DNA of 64,000 bases, taken from Asterias rubens. Its lineage: Eukaryota. Under the pieces are notes generated by a model. The model worked only from the letters and a program-made list of their open reading frames with translations. It had not been told where the DNA came from and made no database searches. The stretch covers positions 12,028,001-12,092,000 of the forward strand of contig NC_047077.1 of assembly GCF_902459465.1 (NCBI RefSeq), in the 5' to 3' direction. Position numbers and translations under genes: made by a program. Positions 1 through 11,690 of the stretch are shown here, piece after piece; position 1 is the first letter of the stretch; the number at the start of each line of letters is the position of its first letter.

Positions 1-559
1 CTACTCGTAGGCCTAGCTCTATGGTGTTAGCTAGAATGGTAGCTCAAGTCAGAATGCCGATCCACTGTGCAAGAAAGCTTTATATAAACACATCTCTCTC
101 TGTCGTTTATAATGTTTGCATGAATCCACACCAACCGATTTCAGCCAATCACGCACAATATTTGGTATGACGTAGACAACTTTATGCATACGTATACTTG
201 TATGGACCACTTTGATTGGCCCTCTGGCCCTGAACGTGCGTCCAATTCGAACATGGCCTAAGCTTTCTATCTGTGTGTTTTGATTGATCTGAGCGAGATG
301 ATGTTTGTCATAGCTGCACACAAATCACCTCGGACCAATCAAAACACAGAAATGGAAAGCTCATGTCACTGAACGTTTATCCAATGAAATCATTATATCC
401 AATGGAAACACTGGTTCTGAAAAGCAAGTAGGCATACCTGTCTGTATCCTTACGGATATAGACAGGGTACCAGTCTACAGAGATTGAAGTTCAGCGTCAA
501 ACGTTATTTGCCATTTGAAAGCCCCCTATGAGGGCGCTCTTACAATCAACATAATTATA

Positions 560-815
560 GGGTGCGTTCGTTTAGCTTCCCTGGGTCATCCTCGGTCTGC
601 CCCGGGTGTCCGAATAGCTTTTGACGTCATTCCAGGGCCTCACCCGGGTTAGCCCCCAGTGCCCTGCTTGTGGAGTGGGTCACTTGGGGGCTGGCCCCAG
701 GTAAACGAAGTCACTACGAGAGCTAGCGGTGAGTGGTCGTTCGTTTAGCTTTTATCAGGGGCTCACCCGAGTGAGCACCGCGGGGTAGACCCAGGGAAGC
801 TAAACGAACGCACCC
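560..815. mobile_element. MITE with GGG-starting terminal inverted repeats (PIF/Harbinger-like); second copy at 42020-42268
   Basis: Left end gggtgcgttcgtttagcttccctgggtc is matched by its reverse complement at 788-815. A homologous element with the same internal sequence lies at 42020-42268. TSD not clean, so the superfamily is tentative. Confidence 0.75.
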
Positions 816-1549
816 ATTATTGTGTTTTTGCATTTGTGGGCGGAAATTCTGTCCCCTGGTGATTCTGTCGCCCACACCGCTTTGTATGTAAAGCTGGGGG
901 GGGGGGGGGGAAGTTGACATTCGATTAGCTCATGTCATTTCTACACTCAACTGTAGATTCGTAACGAATGAATATACACATAATATACGCGTATATTATA
1001 CGCAGTCGATTCGTTACAATCACTATAAAGCATAATGCCTATATTTTGCAAAAATAAACACATCAACAAAAGTAAGTCCCCCTAAATAATTCGCCATAAC
1101 ATCGTAAGGTAAAACATTTTACCATTACAACTAATGTCTTTTATAAAATTTGTATTACAAAGTATGCAATGATAGGTGTATAATCAAAGTTTTAACTCCC
1201 TTCCCCCAAAACGGGATCTCTGCAAAACTCACACAAGCTGCAACAAGTTTCTTTCATAAAAACACTAGTTCAGTTCTTTTATGTAACTCACTTCCATTCA
1301 TAGCTTGACTCGGGCTTGAAAACGTACCTGTTGATATTATAGCGTAACTTGAAGGAACGTAAGCGTAGCTGAGTATCTGCGTAGCTTGGAACAGAACCAA
1401 TTCAAAAATTATATTTTTTTTGACAAAATAATGCTATGATGAAATTTTGTTTTATCATTATTTTTGTTTCAACCCTTTACAAAATTCTTATTCACCTGTC
1501 CGTTTTTTGTTATCATTTTTTCGACTTTGTAAAACATTTTTGAGCTACT

Positions 1550-1837
1550 CACACAATAACATTACTAGAGCTTCTTCCATTTTTTATGGCCACAGATCTT
1601 TTTCTTACGCCGCACCGCTTCTTTGGAATAGTCTTCCTGTGCATATTCGCCAAGCTAATACTTTACAATGTTTTAAGTCCTTGTTGAAAACTCATTTGTT
1701 TAAAGCTTCTTTTTTTGTAATTTGCCTATTTGTATCTTGTATCTTTCTCTAATTGTTTATTTTGTTGTTTCTTTAATGCGCTTAGAGGCTTTTGCATTAG
1801 GCGCTTTACAAATGTCTTATTATTATTATTATTATTA
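1550..1837 (+). mobile_element. 3' end of an L2/CR1-type LINE with (TTA)n tail
   Basis: Translates to GHRSFSYAAPLLWNSLPVHIRQANTLQCFKSLLKTHLF, typical of the L2/CR1 ORF2 C-terminus, followed by an AT-rich UTR and a (tta)n tail. Confidence 0.8.
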
Positions 1838-1861
1838 ATGTAACAAAATGCGGTGAAAAAA

Positions 1862-2524
1862 ATCTCATGAACTAAGTTTCCAAAATCCCGCAAACCAACA
1901 AGGACTGCTGCAAATAAACAATCTCTTAACCATCGCACTATCTCCCTATGGAACAATATTGCGCCAGATGTAAAAGTATTTTCCTAGAAAAGTGCATAAA
2001 AGTTATACGTCAACGGTCCAACTTGCGGGGGCTTGAGGTCAAGGTCAAGATCAACAAACAAGTGACAATAATTCAATCTGTTTCAAGGGTACCAGAGACA
2101 GACCTACAACTTCATGAAGTTTCAACGCTTCATGTGCTTTCTTTTTAAAAATTATTTTAATAATTATTACGGTAAGAATAGCCTTCGCCACTTTGTACTT
2201 GTCAGACTCGACAATATAGAAATCGTGTTAATGAAAGACGGACACAAAATAATAGTCACTTGACACGAAATAAACTTCAGATATTCTTATTAAATATATC
2301 TAAGGGGTATTTACAAAATTTGCAACATAATCAAGGTATAAACTGAATGGCTTCCGGACGTTTGGGTCGCCAGTAACTATTGGTTGTATATCTCCCAATT
2401 TCAAATAAACTTATAAAATATGATACGCTTTACGGAATGGTTCTTGTGCTCCTTCTCACATCAAGGTATAAATATCGCACAACAGTCACAATAAATAAAT
2501 CAATGTATATCGTCTCTATTTGTG
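1862..2524 (+). repeat. ~660 bp direct duplication, copy 1
   Basis: Near-identical to 3618-4279 (offset ~1755), with only a few substitutions seen by eye. Confidence 0.95.
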
Positions 2525-2680
2525 GTTGACATCTCAGGTGTTTTAATGTTTTAATATTGACTAGCTTGGTGATGGTGCTGATGATCATGCAGGGAGCCGT
2601 CCCAAGTTCCGCTGAACGTCTCTGCACCTGCAAGGGGGGGGGGTTGGAGACACGTCGACGGGTTACTGAAGCACGCATCA
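2114..2680 (+). pseudogene. Truncated, frameshifted tectonin-lectin paralogue (exons 2114-2133 and 2565-~2680)
   Basis: ATG AAG TTT CAA CGC TTC AT|gt ... tag|C TTG GTG ATG gives the signal peptide MKFQRFILVMVLMIMQGAVPSSA, with the same phase-2 junction as the five intact genes. It continues ERLCTCK, a G10 run, then in a shifted frame WRHVDGLLKHAS (start of blade 1). Homology ends there. The donor gtgctt is weak. Confidence 0.7.
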
Positions 2681-3617
2681 AGGTCTTCAAATTTTCTAAG
2701 AAACACCTGTGCGTGCTTAGGCATCTGTCCGGCATTGGAACGAGGGAACAAAAAGAAACTCAAAATGTAGGCTAAGTTAAAAACCAGCCATATAACGACC
2801 TTGGTTGCATAGATTCTGTTTAAGGAAAAATACACGGTCAAAAGAAAAATTGATGATGTCAACTTAAAAGAAGTTCTAGTCCAACTCAAATGGTCTGGGT
2901 GCTTTTTGTAAGTTTCTCTTAAATATAACTTACTGATGTGCTATTGTTTTTGAGAAATGGGTAAAATAAAGTACGAAAACAGTTTTCGTTCCTAAAACGA
3001 CAATTATTTTAGCATGTAAAACGTATTTTCGTGGCATTGTTTTACTCGAACTTAACTGTTCACTTCACCCATTTTCATTCCATGCTCAGTTTGTGTTTTT
3101 TTTTTCTTAATTTTTTTTCTCTGCAATTTTTGTATTCCTTGCAATGCGCAGTAGAGTATATATAATAGGTCACTTCGCAATGTACATGTCCGTATTATAT
3201 TATATTTTAAGGTTAGATTTCTACTACCATTATCTTCAAATGGTGTAAGCTTAATGAACATCTTTGGACATTGCTTTTTATGTTACAAAAAGTACCCGGG
3301 ACGATTCAAATGAACCATTCCCCTTCACATGAAACGTTAACTTACCCCCACCCCCCTACCCGGGATGAACTGACTGTTCGTAGAGATACGTCACGACTGG
3401 TTACAATACAATGAAGTTCATGATTGACTCCAAACAACATTAGTCACCTGCAAGTGAAACAACTTCCTTCATCTTTAAGTCACTTCTGAAATCCCACTGT
3501 TTCACTTTCAGGAGACCTATCAATGACTTATTTATTTATTCTGTACCTCAGTACCTTTGAGCAAACCTTGCTTCAGGCGCTTTCTAAACGACGACTAAAA
3601 TTTAAACTCACACGGTT

Positions 3618-4279
3618 ATCTCATGAACTAAGTTTCCAAAATCCCGCAAACCAACAAGGACTGCTGCAAATAAACAATCTCTTAACCATCGCACTATCTC
3701 CCTATGGAACAATTTGCGCCAGATGTAAAAGTATTTTCCTAGAAAAGTGCATAAAAGTTATACGTCAACGGTCCAACTTGCGGGGGCTTGAGGTCAAGGT
3801 CAAGATCAACAAACAAGTGACAATAATTCAATCTGTTTCAAGGGTACCAGAGACAGACCTACAACTCCATGAAGTTTCAACGCTTCATGTGCTTTCTTTT
3901 TAAAAATTATTTTAATAATTATTACGGTAAGAATAGCCTTCGCCACTTTGTACTTGTCAGACTCGACAATATAGAAATCGTGTTAATGAAAGACGGACAC
4001 AAAATAATAGTCACTTGACACGAAATAAACTTCAGATATTCTTATTAATTATATCTTAGGGGTATTTACAAAATTTGCAACATAATCAAGGTATAAACTG
4101 AATGGCTTCCGGACGTTTGGGTCGCCAGTAACTATTGGTTGTATATCTCCCAATTTCAAATAAACTTATAAAATATGATACGCTTTACGGAATGGTTCTT
4201 GTGCTCCTTCTCACATCAAGGTATAAATATCGCACAACAGTCACAATAAACAAATCAATGTATATCGTCTCTCTTTGTG
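3618..4279 (+). repeat. ~660 bp direct duplication, copy 2 (carries a second copy of the ATG micro-exon at 3869-3888)
   Basis: Near-identical to 1862-2524, but not followed by a tectonin exon. Confidence 0.95.
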
Positions 4280-5993
4280 CGTCAATTCTCAAATTACAGG
4301 CAACGTAAAACAAACAAATATATAACCTATGATTAGGGTTCTGCCATACTTAAGCTTTAATAAAATTAATATTGTTAAAAATCATCGTTGCTTTGTTTAA
4401 CTTTCCCCGGTGGCGGACCTCCGTCTTGCGGGTGAATCCCAACCAGCGCCACACTCTGTGTCCCTGCCCGGTGGTCGTCCTTGCGAGCCAGTCAACTTGG
4501 GTACGATGAGGGGTTCGCCGATTCCAGGGGTTAAATGGTCATGGTAGTTAATTGGAGAGGAGTCTTTGGCTTCACACTGCCGTTGCTGAAGAGATTGGTC
4601 AACTCTGACGTACACGCTCTCGGCCATAACTTTGGTTGGCCGGCCCAATACCGATACGGTGGCTGTATCCAACCACTCGCCTGCTGGTTGGGTCGGCAAC
4701 CCTAACACTCACATGCAACACGTCCCCTCTCTCTCAAGCTCACATTGCTTTTAATTTCACAATACGTTTTCAAACTCCACATCAATTTTCCTTTATCCAA
4801 CTGTTTCAATGAAAAAATACAAAGCTTAACAGGGCGTTTCCTGCGCAGTCGACGCGTATGACGTGACAGAAATGCTGCACTGCGAAACATTTACAAGCTG
4901 CAGGTTTGAGGAATTTAAACTATGCCAGATCCAGAAAAGGTAACAATCAAACAATTAAAAACAAATTATCAACAATCGACACTGACAGCACTGGACCTGG
5001 GGCCGATTTAATAAAGAGCTAAGATTGATCGTAAATGTTAACCAATCGTATAGTTGCTTAGTAAAGTGTATGTAACAATACAAATCACTATGGTGATCCC
5101 AACAATTAATTTGTCTTTTACGGTGGATGATAGTGCTGTGTGAAATCGAGTCCTGACGTTTGACGCTATGGAGTACCACTGGTATTAAGTTTACAATTTA
5201 AACATGCGGCGCAGTTACACCAACCTCAATGTGAAAAAAACCTTTTCACAAAATAGTGCTGATCTGTATGTGTGACGCTCCTGACCTAGATTATCCAACT
5301 CACAGCAACACAAAGTAAAGGGCTAGTCACACTGTAGCGATAACGAAAAGCGATAACGATCACGTTAAAAAAAGGCACGCCCTCGATTGGTTGATTAAGT
5401 GTGCGCGTATTCTTGCGGAGCAATTCAACCACCAGTAAAATGCGTTCTCTTTGCGTCGTACTCGTTATCGTTTTCGTTATCGCTGTATAATAGTGCGAAA
5501 ACGGAAAATGTAAATTTTCGTTAATTTTTCGACCACACAAAGTAGCACACATCCTTCTTATTATTTTAAGTCACAATATTAAAATAGCACAGTATCGAAG
5601 TTCAATGCATCAAGTATCCACGCTGTAAGAAAACTACTTGAAAATACCATAACATTTTGAAGAAAAGCTTTTGAATTTAAACTGCGTTAATTTTAAACGC
5701 AGTTTTTCTGCGATTGTTGCTTTGCATTTTAAAAAGACGGTGGTCGCGTTTTTGAGATATCACTGAGAATCCGGGGCGAAAATGCCAATACACAATCTGA
5801 AAGCGTAACAAATATTAAGGCTTCTCAGATTCAAATCTTAAGGGACAGATAAACTAAAAAAAATGTTTCTTTATTTTTTTGTATTTGTATTTCCATATAC
5901 ATATATATATATATATCAAATAATAAACCACAAGGGCTTCTGACAGGCACCCCCGAACAAAGATATTGACAAAATTGGGAGACCACCAACATA

Positions 5994-6090
5994 GGGCTAG
6001 ATAGCTCAGTTGGTAGAGCGCCGGCACGTTAAACCGGAGGTCGTTCGTTCAAATCCCGCTCTAGTCAATTTTCTTTGTTCAATCCAAAAT
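5994..6090 (+). mobile_element. tRNA-derived SINE head
   Basis: A-box tagctcagttgg and degenerate B-box gttcaaatcc, followed by a tail shared with copies at ~11214-11300 and 22148-22226. No intact cloverleaf. Confidence 0.75.
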
Positions 6091-6663
6091 CATATATATA
6101 TATATGTATATATATCCTTTGTCCTCGCCACTTCACTCCTATTGGTTCATAGCCACCAATATTGTCTCTGAAATAGAAACTTTGATTGGCTGTTATTTTC
6201 CCGCTTCTTTCTGGATCCTTTCCTTAATCCCTTTCCCCCTCTCTTTTTCTATAAATGGATATGTATTTGTTTGTACTTGTTTTATGCCTCTGAAGAAGGT
6301 CCGGATTGGATCGAAAGCTAAGGCCATCTACCCTATTCATTATATATATATATATATATTGGTATTCCATAATGCAACAAAAGACATACAAAATTACAGT
6401 AAATCACAAAAAATCGTTGTTGATGGCCATTATACGTGGAAGTGAAATGTTTCTTAAAATGCTTTATGCTACCGAAGCAGTGTTCATAAACAAAGGGTGT
6501 TAATGCTATGAATTTTAAGAGTGGATATCCGAACGTAAACCTGCCCTTTAAATAGTTTGGGTATAGGCCTTTTTTTCAGGACACAATGGTGAAAAGCTAC
6601 CCTTAAAATGTTCCTCGCTGAGGTGCTGTGGTTTTTGAGTAATAACCATTAACGTCCAGTGCC

Positions 6664-7051
6664 TTAAAGACAGTTGACACTATTGGTAATTACTCAAAAT
6701 AATTATTAGCATAAAACCTTGCTTGGTGACGAGTAATGGGGAGAGGTTGATGGTATAAAACATTGTGAGAACGGCTCCCTCTGAAATGACATACTTTTCG
6801 AGAAAGAAATAATTTCCCACGAATTGATTTCGAGACCTAAGATATTGAAATTTGAGGTCTCGAAATCAACCATCTTAAACGCCCACAAGTTCGTGTTACA
6901 AGGGTGTTTTTTTTATTCATTATTATCTCGCAATTTTGACGACCAATATTGAGCTCAAATTTTCACAGGTTTGTTGTTTTATACATGTTGAGATACACCA
7001 AGTGAGAAAACTGGTCTTTGACGATTACGAATAGTGTCCTGTGTCTTTGAA
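6664..7051. mobile_element. TTAA-flanked ~380 bp MITE, family A (Kolobok-like)
   Basis: Ends ttaaagacagttgacactattggtaatt ... gattacgaatagtgtcctgtgtctttgaa. One of more than 20 full or partial copies in the window. Confidence 0.8.
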
Positions 7052-7107
7052 GGGAAGCTTTCTACCACCATTATCTTTATGGGTCGTACGAAAAGTACCT
7101 AAAACCT

Positions 7108-7939
7108 TTAATTTGTCCTTTTAACAAAGATATAGTTAGTGTTAGTTGTTCCCCAAATCGTGAGTGACAAGGAGTCCACCTGATTCAAAGCACCCGGGAT
7201 ATTCTGCCAGTCACTCCCCCTCGGGTTAGCAGCGGACACGCCCACTCTAAAATAAATCATATTCCGGTCATTGACCCCGTAGATTCTATCCGCTGAGGTG
7301 ATGTACTTCAGACCACCGTCCACTATGACCCAGTTCAACCCATCGGGATCGGAGTCTGGGTCCCCGTACGTCCCTTCCCTGTAGTAGACGGAACTGGCCG
7401 AGCTAACTCCCCAAACACCACCGCTACCTACCGAGATTTGCTTCATCAAGGTACCCCCAATCTGGCTCCAACTGTCTCCAGCCCTGTTGCATTTGGACGC
7501 TCCAATGCGATGGTAAACGACATCGGTTTCAGATATGCCCCACACGTGGCCCTTCTGACTTACGGTGACGTGTTTAAGGGAGCCTGCCACCTTAACCCAC
7601 ATTGCACCCATCGGGTGACTCCGCCCTATACCCCTACGATAGAACACGTCACGCGTGCTACTCACACCCCAAACGATGTTATTCCCCACATCGACTTGTG
7701 TTAGTCCTTGGCCATCAACTAGCATCCAGCTATCCCCTGCGTCGTTCTCGTTACCGTACGTTTTCTCCCTGTAGTGAACCTGGTTGTTTGCGCTTATGGC
7801 CCACACACCTGCCCGACCGACTGATACTAGTTTAAACCTTCCTTCCAGTTTGGAGAATGAAACCCCGGGGGTTAAACCGCCCTCTATCGGTATTGGTTGT
7901 CTAATGACAATGACCACCACGCAAGATGCCAATAAGATC
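7108..7939 (-). CDS. Secreted tectonin beta-propeller lectin 1, main coding exon (spliced protein 283 aa)
   Basis: Six W-x2-(I/V)-x-G-x-L-K-x-(I/V)-S-V-G...V-W-G-(V/I) tectonin blades. Acceptor tttag|G at 7940/7939. Spliced N-terminus MKLWYQWILLASCVVVIVIRQPIPIEG is signal-peptide-like. The joined CDS is 852 nt, a multiple of 3. Confidence 0.93.
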
Positions 7940-8365
7940 CTAAAGTGAAGACACATGGAGGCAAAAAGAAACTATGAAGTATAGCGCTCTACTAAAGGCA
8001 CATGGACACGCTTGGTATTGTCAAAGAAATGTATTCCCACTTGTTGCATCCCAACATAATGCAAAAATTAAAAAGTTGGTCTCAATAATTATTATTGTTT
8101 ATCGAGTTCGCAAGAGAAGAAAATATACCCTCGTTCCACAAGGTAGTGTGTTTTCAGTTGACTATGTAAAAGACTTTCAGCCACGGTATTTTTTTTATTT
8201 GAGTGTAAAAGTACCTCTTTCTCAAAAACAACGTTAGCTCTTCGGAGAGAGCAGTTTCTCAGTGTTCCCAGCTCCAAGTAAGTTCGTATGCTAAAAATTA
8301 GTCTGAGTAGTTACCAATAAGTACACTAGACAAACTTTCTCTAAACAGTGTGTGTTTCATTCTAT

Positions 8366-8779
8366 TTAAAGGCAGTAGACACTATTGGTAATTACTCAAA
8401 ACATTTATTAGCATAGAACCTTACTTGGAAACGAGTAATGGGGGAGGGGGGGGGGGGGTGGTTGATAGTAAAAAAAACTGTGAGAAACGGCTCCCTCTGG
8501 AGTAACATAGTTTTCTGGAAAGTACATGTTGTAATTGTCCACGAATTTGATTTCGAGGCCTTTAGAATTATATTTTGAGGTCTCGAAATCAAGCATCTAA
8601 AGGCACACAACATCATGTGACAAGGGTGTTTTTCTTTTATTATTATCTCGCAACTTCGCTGACCAATTGAGCTCAAATTTTCACAGGTTTGTTATTTTAT
8701 GCATATTATGTTGAGATACGCCAACTGTGAAGACTAGTCTTTGACAATTACCAATACATGTAGTGTGCAATGTCTTGAA
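8366..8779. mobile_element. MITE family A in the lectin 1 intron
   Basis: ttaaaggcagtagacactattggtaatt at the left end, degenerate inverted end, internal sequence as in other copies. Confidence 0.8.
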
Positions 8780-8904
8780 GAAATTTTGTGAACAAATGAA
8801 ACAACGTAAGAAAAACTAAGACGACTGTTAGTTACCGAGCGTTAAAATGACATAAACGGGAAACACGTACTAAGTACAAGTCACATTTCTCTGTGATTAT
8901 TATA

Positions 8905-9345
8905 CACCATGACTGGCAGTGATGTAACTAGTGTATGTCTATTCCCCAATAGGACTTTGAGTAACTAGAAGAGGGACCTATTTCCCGAGGCCAAATGCCG
9001 AGGGAAATAGGCCCCTTTTCTCTGGTCATCTCACAGGCCCGAGGGGGAATAGACGCACACTAGTTACCGAATTATGCCAGTCAATATGTGTTTTAAAACA
9101 TAGCTCGGTCATCTTAAATGTGAAATAACAGCAGAAATCTGGAAAAAGAGGTTTTGTAGTTGCTGTTCACGGTTAAAGTCAAGAGAGGGCGCTGTAACCG
9201 GGCACTATTTTCAAAGACTAGTGCCCGCTCGGGTACTAGTTTCCGCAAAACACGCGCGCGATCACTAGACTATAATGTTAATCCCACGTGACCGTTTTTC
9301 AGCCAACCACGATACAGAACAAGCAAGAGGTGTGTTATAATACAA
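8905..9345. repeat. Dispersed repeat family C (also ~30200-30770; fragments ~34195-34290 and ~34690-34850)
   Basis: Shared collinear blocks such as ccgaattatgccagtc, ctgttcacgg..gtcaagaga and cgtgaccgt.tttcagccaacca. Confidence 0.65.
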
Positions 9346-9441
9346 GATATCTTATAAATGACTATTGTTTCACAATATTATACGGTTATTCCTTGTCCCT
9401 CATTGTCCTTTTTAGCTTCCGTATAACCTGTTTTAACTTAC

Positions 9442-9461
9442 CATTGATACCATAGCTTCAT
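9442..9461 (-). CDS. Lectin 1 start-codon micro-exon (MKLWYQ+TG)
   Basis: ctctcag|GATTTTAAGT ATG AAG CTA TGG TAT CAA TG|gtaagt. Exon 9442-9471; phase 2 matches the acceptor at 7939. Confidence 0.85.
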
Positions 9462-11062
9462 ACTTAAAATCCTGAGAGAACAGAAATCACCAGCTGTTGC
9501 AAACTGCTCTTACCAGCAACACAAAAGACCTGTGGAATAATGAAAAAAAACACGTGATTTTCAGAATAAGCAAACATTAGCTAAAAACCAATAATAAGCA
9601 TTTTATAACTGACGTACAGATCCTTGTCATTTGATTGGTGGAACTTACTTCACGTGACATTCACTATTACTCCCAGCGCACCGGCGATCAAAAAGACCTA
9701 TTTGCCCATGGAGAATAGTATTTCCCATTCAACAGTTAGGTTCATCCTTGTTCCCAATGTTTTGAGCAGTACAGCGCCGCCGCGCTGCTGCTAAAACAAA
9801 GGAGCACCTGTGCAAAAGGTTGTGATCCGATTTGTGCACTGTTGCCGCTACGCGGCGCTATGTGATTCTTTGGCTGTCAGTAATTTGTGTGATTTTTCAT
9901 AATGTTATACTTTAAAAATACATGGAATGACAAGGATCTATTAAATGTCAGTTAAATAAAACAAATATTGAGTGGCTTTAATTCGTGGAATGGAAGGAAT
10001 ATTATCGCTCGGTAAAATTTGGGCTGTTCCATTTCACTCGGCTTAGCCTCGTGAAATGCAACAGTCCAAGTTTTACCTTGCGATAATAATCCTCCCATTC
10101 CACTCTGAGCCACTCAATATTTGTATAATAATATGCAACACACGTAAATTTGGTTAGTAATCTTGTTTTTATCAAAGGAAGACATTTCCTGCTTAGCAAA
10201 TTTCGACCCTAAAGTAGAGTCTGCCTCGAAGGATACTCTCAATTGAAACCTTCTGATGAGTGACATCAAAAGTAAACTTTTGTAATCTTGAAATCAACGG
10301 GTTCAAAGGTAATTGAAACACTACACGGACGTTGAAGCCACATTATTTATTGGGCTTAAAAAGACAGCTATCGTCCAATATTTTGCCTCCATTGTGTTCA
10401 TTGAGGGCGCTTTTTATGCCTCATGGACCTTTTTTGCAAAATACTTATTGAGAAGTGCTGACTGTTGAATGGGGTGCATGCTTGTCTATGTTTGCCATCA
10501 AACTTGTTTCCTTCCTTGTTAAAACTAAAGCTTCTCTTGTCTTATCTCCACATGGTGGTTCTTGATTAGGTACAACGATTGAGTTTACTTTTCTAATGTA
10601 AATCTGTGGACATTTCGAAAAAAGAACCCGAATCCTTTTAAGGAATCATGTGGCATTGCGGCCGTTTCCATAGTCTGAGGAATTCAAATGTAATTGGTAA
10701 CTTGTGACTAAGCAAGTCATTGTATAGTACCAAACAATTCAAATCTAACAGGAATCATCATTATTATTTGATAAAAACTCACGTTTGGCGATCGGATGTC
10801 TGCAATGCTTGGCGTGTCGTGTGCTGCGCTCTCTGCTCCAGGCGGTGCGAATCTGCTCTAACTCTCGCATCATTCCATCTTCGAAACCGACTGTCACACT
10901 CCTGTGACGTCATCGTCAGTACGTCACGGGTCACGTGTGTCTTAGTCTCGAGTAGTGACGATCATTTTTTTAAACGTAGTCGCCGATATAGCACTAGAAT
11001 TACTGGAGAAGATTTGTATCACACAAACATACTGGATCAAAACCAAAGCCGTATCTGAAACT

Positions 11063-11170
11063 GTGACTTCGGCTACAGCTACCCTACAGCCGGCTAGATC
11101 AGAGCGTCTGCAAGTGTTGACGTATAGGCAGACGCCCGCAATCTAGCCGTAAACGTATCCGAAGTCGCCG
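11063..11170. mobile_element. Small hairpin-forming element
   Basis: Nested inverted pairs cttcgg/ccgaag, cggctagat/atctagccg and gcgtctgc/gcagacgc. Confidence 0.5.
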
Positions 11171-11509
11171 TTTCGAACACGCCCTGACTGTTTCGAACCA
11201 AATGTGTAGTTATGGGTAAATAGCTCAGTTGATAAAAGTGATGCACGTTATGTCGCGGGTTAGAGTCCCACTCTAGTGAATTTGACTCCGTTCAACCCAC
11301 CTTTAAAGACATTTTAAACCATTCAGTATCCCCAGTGGTTTATTACTGGAAAACGAAGACGACAGACATTTTTGGGATGTGTGCAAGTTCGCCCCAAACA
11401 TGACTAAAAGCCACTCTTGGTATGGGGCTACAAGAAGCAAACATTTTTAACGTGGACAAAAAAACACTCAAAAGGAAGCTGAAGGTATGAATTGATATTC
11501 CTCCTAAAA

Positions 11510-11690
11510 CAGTCTAGGGATGGAGGGAAACATGCACCAGGCAAGGAGTTCCAAAGAGACGTGGAATAAAGCTGTTGCAATGACTCCTTGTCCGTATACA
11601 TCTCGGCAAATTAAAAGTGTACGGGTAAGAAGAAGCGAACGTATGGTGTCACTCAAATATTCTGATAGAAGGAACTAGGTCAGATATCAT
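11510..11690 (-). mobile_element. Degenerate LINE 3' fragment
   Basis: Reverse strand resembles the L2/CR1 ORF2 end (IPRLFGTPCLV region). A similar fragment lies at ~52330-52470. Confidence 0.5.

Noticed and set aside
1862-4279. LTR retroelement with 660-bp LTRs
   Set aside because: No TG...CA ends, PBS, PPT or TSD seen, and the interior holds a lectin fragment rather than gag/pol.
4397-4708. 103-aa ORF as a Penelope GIY-YIG remnant
   Set aside because: Only a faint resemblance (ESVYVR vs EAIYIR) with no other motif; cannot be supported without a profile search.
5994-6066. Functional tRNA gene
   Set aside because: The T-arm/B-box and acceptor stem are degenerate, and the copy carries a tail shared with other dispersed copies, so it is a SINE head.
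7438-7835. Antisense or alternative-frame ORFs over the lectin and SEA exons (also 15342-15653, 15730-15975, 24760-25056, 29651-29926, 54330-54995)
   Set aside because: Shadow ORFs of GC-richer coding exons with no independent features.
7940-7956. ORF-track ATG starts of the lectins (7956, 24562, 30058) and TTG starts (15267, 39532)
   Set aside because: 7956 and 30058 lie in the polypyrimidine tract before a phase-2 acceptor, 15267 and 39532 are the first full codon after it, and 24562 is an internal Met after the signal h-region. Matching upstream ATG exons exist for all five.
8392-8676. Recurrent short ORFs such as MLDFETSKSNSEVSKSNSWKIT and MSSIGRRSCEITMKEKHPCH as a gene family
   Set aside because: All fall within copies of the non-coding MITE family A and are interrupted differently in each copy.
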